Assembly (NCBI GenBank): GCA_043810345.1 | Contig: JBDROF010000022.1 | Location: 1,351 to 65,350, forward strand | Direction: 5' to 3' | Length of the DNA stretch: 64,000 nt | DNA from: Bacteroidota bacterium | GTDB lineage: Bacteria; Bacteroidota; Bacteroidia; Bacteroidales; FEN-979 | Notes under the pieces: generated by a model | Told to the model about the DNA's origin: nothing | The model's input: only the letters and a program-made list of their open reading frames with translations | The model's database searches: none | Shown: positions 58,545 to 64,000 of the stretch, in pieces | How positions within the stretch are numbered: the first letter of the stretch is position 1 | Layout: the number at the start of each line of letters is the position of its first letter | Position numbers and translations under genes: made by a program

Positions 58545-60695
58545 TCAAAACCTGTACCCCAGATTCAGAGACACAAAATAATCCCTTGGTGCGCCGGCTT
58601 CATAGAACCGTTTATCCGCTGAATTTGTGTTGGTGAAGCCGACATAGACCACGTTGAAGATGTTGTTCACTCCACCGGAGAGCATCAGGTTGAATTTTCC
58701 GAACCGCATATCCACTCCCACCAGGCTGTTGAGCAGGTTGTAAGGAGCTGTTTCGTCGGTGTTGGCGTCATCTACCCAAAGGCCGCTGATCCCCTGGCAG
58801 CTCACCTTGGCAAAAAGGTTGAAGTGTCTGCCGAAGGAGTGAGCGTAGGAGAGCGTCAGGTAAAAATTGTGTGCCGGGACGCTGGGCACGGTGTTACCGG
58901 AAAAATCCCGGTCGGTCTGGATGATGTTGCCAAGCGAATCGATCTCGATGGTTCTGGCATCATATGTTTTATACCTGAAATGTGACCAGGTATAGGAGGC
59001 TTCGAAATTGAGGTTCTCCCAGATCTCCACCAATCCTCCCAGTTCAGCCCCGAGCCGGTGTGTGTTGGCAGCATTTCTGTAGTATACATCCCCCAGCACT
59101 TCGAAGGGGACAATTTCATTATCCACCACGATATAAAAACCAGTAGCTTCGAATAAAACCCGTTTAAACCATTTCGTGTTCCGTTGGTAAAGTTTCCCCT
59201 TGATTCCCGCTTCAAAATTTTGCGACTCCTGCGGCTTCAGCTCCTGGTTGAAGAGAAAAACAGGATCGGGACTGTCGAGTTCGTTGTTGGCCGGACTGTC
59301 GAAACTATACCCAAAAGAGGTATAGAACGCCACCAGAGGCAGGATTTTATAATTGAGGGCGATCTTCGGCGTAAAGGCATGATACCGTTGGCGGTCGGCA
59401 CGGGAAGGCAGGGTCTCTTCTTCGAGACGGTAGTTTACGTTGTCGTACCGTCCCGTAAGAAGGACAAACATCCTGTTGGGGAGGATCTCGAAGTTATCGG
59501 AGAGATAAAATCCCTTGTTGGTGATGTTTTCTTCAGTGAGCTGCAGGATCTGGTCTCCCCGTTCCCCGTTGATGTTATCGTAGTACTCCGTTCGCGCAGG
59601 CTGAGCAAAGAGATCGCCACCTATCATGAACTCATTTTTCCTGGCGCCAATCCAGTGCCGGTGAATGTATTTCCCGCTGACGCCCAATCCATACCTGTTG
59701 ATGATCCGGTACTCCCGGGAGGTCCGTTCAAAGTACTTGATCGTGCCGTAGGCAGTCACCTCCATGTTGTTGTTCAGTTTCCGTCCGAAGGTGGCGTTGT
59801 ACCTGATCCCGATCCTCCCTTTGGTGGTGATCCGCTTTTCATCGCGGTCAACCGAACGCGGATTTGCCTGCAGGGGATCCTGTTCGAACTCGGCCATGGT
59901 GAGCGAACCAGGAAGTTTGATCATCCCATCCACGAAATAGCCCAGGATGGTGAGACGTGTATGGGCTGACGGGGTGGCTTCTGCCACCATGTTGAGGATG
60001 TGCCAGTACTCATTGTTATGCACCCTGTACCCATCGTAGTTCTGGTAACTGTAGGTGGTCAAAAAGCGGTATTTATCCGTTTTCACCGCTGTCTTCAATC
60101 CGTTCCGGAACAATCCGAACGAACCCATCTGGTTGAACAGCACCAGGGAGTGGCGGTTGAATTCTATGTCGTTGATGAAGTTCGCTACCCCGCCGGGTGC
60201 GTTAGTGTATAGTGAGGAGGCATTTCCTTTGACGATTTCGATCCGCCCGATGGAGTTGAAGTCGATCGCTTCGATCCTTGTCTGGCCGTCGGGTTCCGAC
60301 TCAGGGATGTCGTCGAGCAGGATACGGATACCCCGGATCCCGGAGTTGGAGCGGCTTCCGAACCCCCGGATAGAAAAACGGACATCGTGGTTTCCATACC
60401 GGGACTGCAGAAAGAGGCCAGGGACAGCCGATAACATATCGCTGGCGCCTATCTTCCGGTCGAACTGGTAGTTGGAATAGTTGAGCCGCACCACAGCGTA
60501 AGGGATGTTGATGATTCGTTCCGGCACCCGGGTAGCGGTGATCACTACCTCATTGAGCTCCCGGAAGAGGGTATCTTCTGTTGAGGTCAGCGAATCTGCC
60601 AAGGCGATCTGCTGGGTGAAGGCGGGGTTGATTCCCGAAAAGAGAAAAACCAGGAAAATGAAAAGAAGCGGATGATGTAGATATGGATATGTCAT
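58545..60695 (-). CDS. TonB-dependent receptor
   Basis: 'LNEVVITATR', plug 'SIRGFG', 'IEIVKG..SSLY.NAPGGV', C-terminal 'NLGYRF'; ATG 60695 follows TACATTTG box (60701-60708). Confidence 0.93.
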   Translation of the reverse strand: MTYPYLHHPLLFIFLVFLFSGINPAFTQQIALADSLTSTEDTLFRELNEVVITATRVPERIINIPYAVVRLNYSNYQFDRKIGASDMLSAVPGLFLQSRYGNHDVRFSIRGFGSRSNSGIRGIRILLDDIPESEPDGQTRIEAIDFNSIGRIEIVKGNASSLYTNAPGGVANFINDIEFNRHSLVLFNQMGSFGLFRNGLKTAVKTDKYRFLTTYSYQNYDGYRVHNNEYWHILNMVAEATPSAHTRLTILGYFVDGMIKLPGSLTMAEFEQDPLQANPRSVDRDEKRITTKGRIGIRYNATFGRKLNNNMEVTAYGTIKYFERTSREYRIINRYGLGVSGKYIHRHWIGARKNEFMIGGDLFAQPARTEYYDNINGERGDQILQLTEENITNKGFYLSDNFEILPNRMFVLLTGRYDNVNYRLEEETLPSRADRQRYHAFTPKIALNYKILPLVAFYTSFGYSFDSPANNELDSPDPVFLFNQELKPQESQNFEAGIKGKLYQRNTKWFKRVLFEATGFYIVVDNEIVPFEVLGDVYYRNAANTHRLGAELGGLVEIWENLNFEASYTWSHFRYKTYDARTIEIDSLGNIIQTDRDFSGNTVPSVPAHNFYLTLSYAHSFGRHFNLFAKVSCQGISGLWVDDANTDETAPYNLLNSLVGVDMRFGKFNLMLSGGVNNIFNVVYVGFTNTNSADKRFYEAGAPRDYFVSLNLGYRF

Positions 60696-60749
60696 TGATA
60701 CAAATGTACGAAGAACTCCTGATATTTTCTTACTTTTGATTGATCCTGT

Positions 60750-62279
60750 ATGGAAATGAATGTCAACATCATCGGGGCTGGGGTGTCGGGGCTGGCTGCT
60801 GGTTGCTATCTGCAAATGAGTGGACTCCGCACCAATATTTTTGAACAGACTGATCGTTTCGGGGGTCTGTGCACCAGCTGGAAGAGAGGTGAATACACCT
60901 TTGAAAGCGGAATTCAATGGCTTTTAGGTTCGGGATCCGCAAATCCTTTTCACCAGTTGTGGTCCGAGCTACTGGATATGAATTCCATCAATTTTATCAC
61001 GCATGAAATCCGGATGGACATTGAAGTGAAAGACTCGCACAGCCCAAACGGAGATAAGATCTTTCATCTCTATACCAATCTTGATAGGCTCAGGAATTAT
61101 CTTTCCGCCATTTCACCGGAAGATCAACCAATGATCGATAAGCTGATCAGGTCCATGAGGCAGATGCAATCATTTGAGATCCCGCCTATGATCAAAAAGG
61201 TCCCGCAGCTTATGCCTGTGAACCAAAAAATCAAGTATATCCGTTATCTGCCTTTGCTTTATTTTTTGAATAAAATCAGGAAAGAGACCAATTATTCTTT
61301 TGCAGGGAGATTAAAAAGCCCGTTTCTCCGGGAAGCTTTTGAATTACTTTTTGATGGAGACGAACTTCCGTTGATGATCATCACGATGCCGCTGGCCTAT
61401 GGAGATCTTGAAGCTGCCGGATATCCCATCGGCGGGGCGAGTAGATTTGTACAAAAACTGATGGAGAAATACCTGGCATTGGGAGGCCGCATCCATTTCA
61501 AATCGGCCGTGAGCAAAATTATAGTGGAAAACCATCGCGCTTCAGGCCTCCTGCTTGAAAACGGAGATGAGATTCGGTCAGATCTTGTACTTTCCGCATC
61601 CGATTGGCATTTCACTGTCTTTGATGCGCTCGATGGCAGGTATGTCAACATTAAAATCCGGAAGTTAGGAAACCAGAAAAGCCTGAAGGTTTATTACTCC
61701 CTTGTCCTCGTTTCTCTTGGAATACGGAGGAGTTTCGAAGGCATATCCCATTTTCTGAGGTTTCCGGTCGATCAAGAGTTAGTGTCACCGGACGGTAGCG
61801 GATATTCCCGTCTTGAATCGCATATTTATAACTATGATCCGACATTGGCGCCAGAGGGAAAAACAGTAGTTTCAGTAAGTTTTTATACACGTAATGCTGA
61901 TTACTGGATCCATCTCCGGGAAACAAACAAGCCTAAATACGATGAAGTTAAAAAGGAATTTGCCGAAGAGGTGATCACCCTCTTGGAAAGGAAGTTCGGA
62001 AAAATAAAAGGATTTATTGAGGAGGTGGATGTGGTCACTCCGGCAACATTATTCCGTTACACCAATAACTGGAAAGGATCGGCTCAGGGCTGGTTGCCGG
62101 GGAAAAACCTCATTTCCCGGTCGCCTGTTGATTTTACCCTGCCTGGGCTGAAAAATTTTTACTATGCCAGCCACTGGTCTATCCCCGGCGGAGGATTACC
62201 TGTCGCTCTCAAGTCGGCAAGAGATGCGGTACAAATCCTATGCCGGGACCACGGGCATCGGTTCGGAATGGATGAATAA
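60750..62279 (+). CDS. FAD-dependent oxidoreductase, phytoene dehydrogenase-related family
   Basis: 'IIGAGVSGL', 'GGLCTSW', 'YPIGG', 'TPATL.RYT', 'PGGGLP'. Confidence 0.88.
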   Translation: MEMNVNIIGAGVSGLAAGCYLQMSGLRTNIFEQTDRFGGLCTSWKRGEYTFESGIQWLLGSGSANPFHQLWSELLDMNSINFITHEIRMDIEVKDSHSPNGDKIFHLYTNLDRLRNYLSAISPEDQPMIDKLIRSMRQMQSFEIPPMIKKVPQLMPVNQKIKYIRYLPLLYFLNKIRKETNYSFAGRLKSPFLREAFELLFDGDELPLMIITMPLAYGDLEAAGYPIGGASRFVQKLMEKYLALGGRIHFKSAVSKIIVENHRASGLLLENGDEIRSDLVLSASDWHFTVFDALDGRYVNIKIRKLGNQKSLKVYYSLVLVSLGIRRSFEGISHFLRFPVDQELVSPDGSGYSRLESHIYNYDPTLAPEGKTVVSVSFYTRNADYWIHLRETNKPKYDEVKKEFAEEVITLLERKFGKIKGFIEEVDVVTPATLFRYTNNWKGSAQGWLPGKNLISRSPVDFTLPGLKNFYYASHWSIPGGGLPVALKSARDAVQILCRDHGHRFGMDE

Positions 62280-62295
62280 CCAGGTACTGGTAAGA

Positions 62296-62913
62296 CTATT
62301 TCTTCCCAAAGATCTTGAATCCTACGGAAACAAGGAACATGCCGTTGTGGGAATCGAAGGTCCAGTTCTGCGCATCCTGGATCATCTTATTCAGTCCGTA
62401 TTTATACCGAATGTTGAATGCAAGGAAAAGCACGTCGATCCCGGTTCCTCCCTCAATGTACCAGTTGGTATTCTTAATATCGGCCGTGGTGATGGGGCCT
62501 ACCACAGAATTAATCTCCTTTATTTTTTTGTTGACGATAAAAGATACTGCGGGTCCGAGTTCAATCCGCCAGGTAAGAGCATCCGAATGAATGATCTTGA
62601 ATCCGAGTAATACCGGTATATCCAGGGTGCCAATGGTGATCTTTTGCTTCCAATTTTTGGTTGAAAGTTTCCCTTCGTCGTTAAATACAGCTCCACTCAT
62701 GGTATAGAGCAGTTCAGGGGCTACATAAATACGCTTGCCCAGATGTGTCCATATCCCGACATGAAAGCCACTGTTGAATTGGGTTTTGATGCTGTCGAGG
62801 TTGGTCGACAGTTTGTTCGCATTATACCCGATTTTTACACCCAACGCAAACTGGCCGAATGAAACATTGGCTGCAAACAGTGCAAAAGCCATGAAGATGA
62901 AAATCTTTTTCAT
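62296..62913 (-). CDS. Small outer-membrane beta-barrel protein
   Basis: Signal peptide, 'GVKIGYN', 'PELLY', 'LDIPVLLG', 'RYKYGL', C-terminal 'SVGFKIF'. Confidence 0.85.
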   Translation of the reverse strand: MKKIFIFMAFALFAANVSFGQFALGVKIGYNANKLSTNLDSIKTQFNSGFHVGIWTHLGKRIYVAPELLYTMSGAVFNDEGKLSTKNWKQKITIGTLDIPVLLGFKIIHSDALTWRIELGPAVSFIVNKKIKEINSVVGPITTADIKNTNWYIEGGTGIDVLFLAFNIRYKYGLNKMIQDAQNWTFDSHNGMFLVSVGFKIFGKK

Positions 62914-62956
62914 AGGAATTTGATTTTGGTTGTTAACGGATTAGCTGTGATGAACC

Positions 62957-64000
62957 TTATTTTAAGGATTTTGCTTTTTCCTTGAATTCCATCAGCAGTG
63001 TTGCGAATGTCTCTTTTACAGAGATGATGGTAGTTGCCTTGAAGGCATTTGTGCCTGCGAATGCGTATCCCCCGGTAAAATTACCTTTTACCGCATTGAT
63101 CAATGCTATGATGATGCAATAAGGGCTGGATGAAACATCGCAGGTCCTGATACACTTGAACGGGCAGCTGATTGGTTGTTTCTTCCCCTGTTTGACCTTC
63201 TCCAGGAAGTCGTTAAAGATAGCCCGGCCAGGCATACCGACCGGACTTTTAATGATTCCGATATCTTCCTGTTTGGCTCCGATGTAAGCCTGTTTAAACC
63301 CATCGGAAGCATCACATTCGGTGGTGGTGACGAAAATCGTTCCCATTTGCACACCGGCGGCTCCGAGTTTCATGATATTATACATATCAGCCCCGGTATA
63401 GATCCCCCCGGCAGCTATGACCGGGATCTTCCTGCCATATTTTTTTTCAAAAGGTTTCAGCTCCCGTATAACTTCCGGGATAAGATTCTCCAGCGAATAC
63501 TTTTCATCTTCGATTTGTTCGGGCTTGAATCCAAGATGCCCGCCTGCTTTAGGACCCTCCACAACAACGGCGTCCGGGAGGTAATTATACTTGCTAAGCC
63601 ATTTTTCACAGATCAGCTTCGCTGCACGTGCCGAAGAGACAATCGGGACCAGTTTTGTCGTACTTTCTTTTGTAAGGTAAGAGGGGAGCTCCATAGGCAT
63701 TCCTGCCCCGGCAAAGATGACATCAATCTTCTCGGCAATGGAGGCCTTCACCATATCCACAAAGTTTGACATGGCCACCATAATGTTGACACCGATGATT
63801 CCTTTGGTTTTTTCCCTGGCCAGCCGTATCTCCTCCTTCAACCCATAGATGCTTGCTTCCAGAAAATCGGAAGAGATCTTTTTATACAGCAAACCCAGAC
63901 CTGCACTTGAGATGACACCAACACCACCTTCATTTGCAACAGCAGAGGCAAGTCCGGATAGAGAAACACCAACGCCCATTCCACCCTGGATGATCGGAAC
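62957..64000 (-). CDS. Nitronate monooxygenase / FabK-like flavoprotein, 5' end outside the window
   Basis: 'PIIQGGMGVGVS', 'EGPKAGGHLG', 'IAAGGI', 'VQMGT', 'SPVGMPGRA'. Confidence 0.9.
   Translation of the reverse strand, partial: VPIIQGGMGVGVSLSGLASAVANEGGVGVISSAGLGLLYKKISSDFLEASIYGLKEEIRLAREKTKGIIGVNIMVAMSNFVDMVKASIAEKIDVIFAGAGMPMELPSYLTKESTTKLVPIVSSARAAKLICEKWLSKYNYLPDAVVVEGPKAGGHLGFKPEQIEDEKYSLENLIPEVIRELKPFEKKYGRKIPVIAAGGIYTGADMYNIMKLGAAGVQMGTIFVTTTECDASDGFKQAYIGAKQEDIGIIKSPVGMPGRAIFNDFLEKVKQGKKQPISCPFKCIRTCDVSSSPYCIIIALINAVKGNFTGGYAFAGTNAFKATTIISVKETFATLLMEFKEKAKSLK

Noticed and set aside
60696-60917. N-terminal extension of the TonB receptor overlapping the oxidoreductase
   Set aside because: The signal peptide and -7 box support ATG 60695; the extension is antisense to the neighbouring gene

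Overview
Chromosomal segment of a Bacteroidota bacterium, probably an anaerobic Bacteroidales. The basis is TAnnTTTG -7 promoter boxes, three T9SS C-terminal-domain proteins, a DUF349 protein and a TonB-dependent receptor. Housekeeping and envelope genes include guaA, gcvT, aroC, agmatine deiminase, a CapD-like dehydratase, tricorn protease, patatin, AsmA, an alanine/glycine symporter and tRNA-Phe(GAA). The most unusual element is a ~10 kb minus-strand operon (41912->31951). It encodes a PstS-like/TM/GcvH-like fusion, a Tat-exported 4x[4Fe-4S] protein (HybA/HmcB-like), an NrfD-family membrane protein, a second membrane-anchored GcvH-like protein, two tandem heme-motif sensor kinases, a sigma54 activator and an archaemetzincin. 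It is preceded by a sigma54-type promoter and four TGT-N11-ACA sites. Both GcvH-like domains lack the canonical lipoyl-lysine and no catalytic redox subunit is present. A second uncharacterised cluster (12954->8141) encodes four exported proteins, three with an apparently shared domain, ending in a modular LRR protein. The window is also rich in drifting 7-bp tandem arrays (five in-frame inside genes, all with 3n+1 units). It further holds a 9/10-bp two-unit array, an in-frame palindromic insertion, a low-GC glycosyltransferase/methyltransferase cassette near the tRNA, and gene remnants (miaA, IS200 tnpA, ORF6N, a decayed RND efflux operon). All family calls are by eye from motifs; no database search was run.
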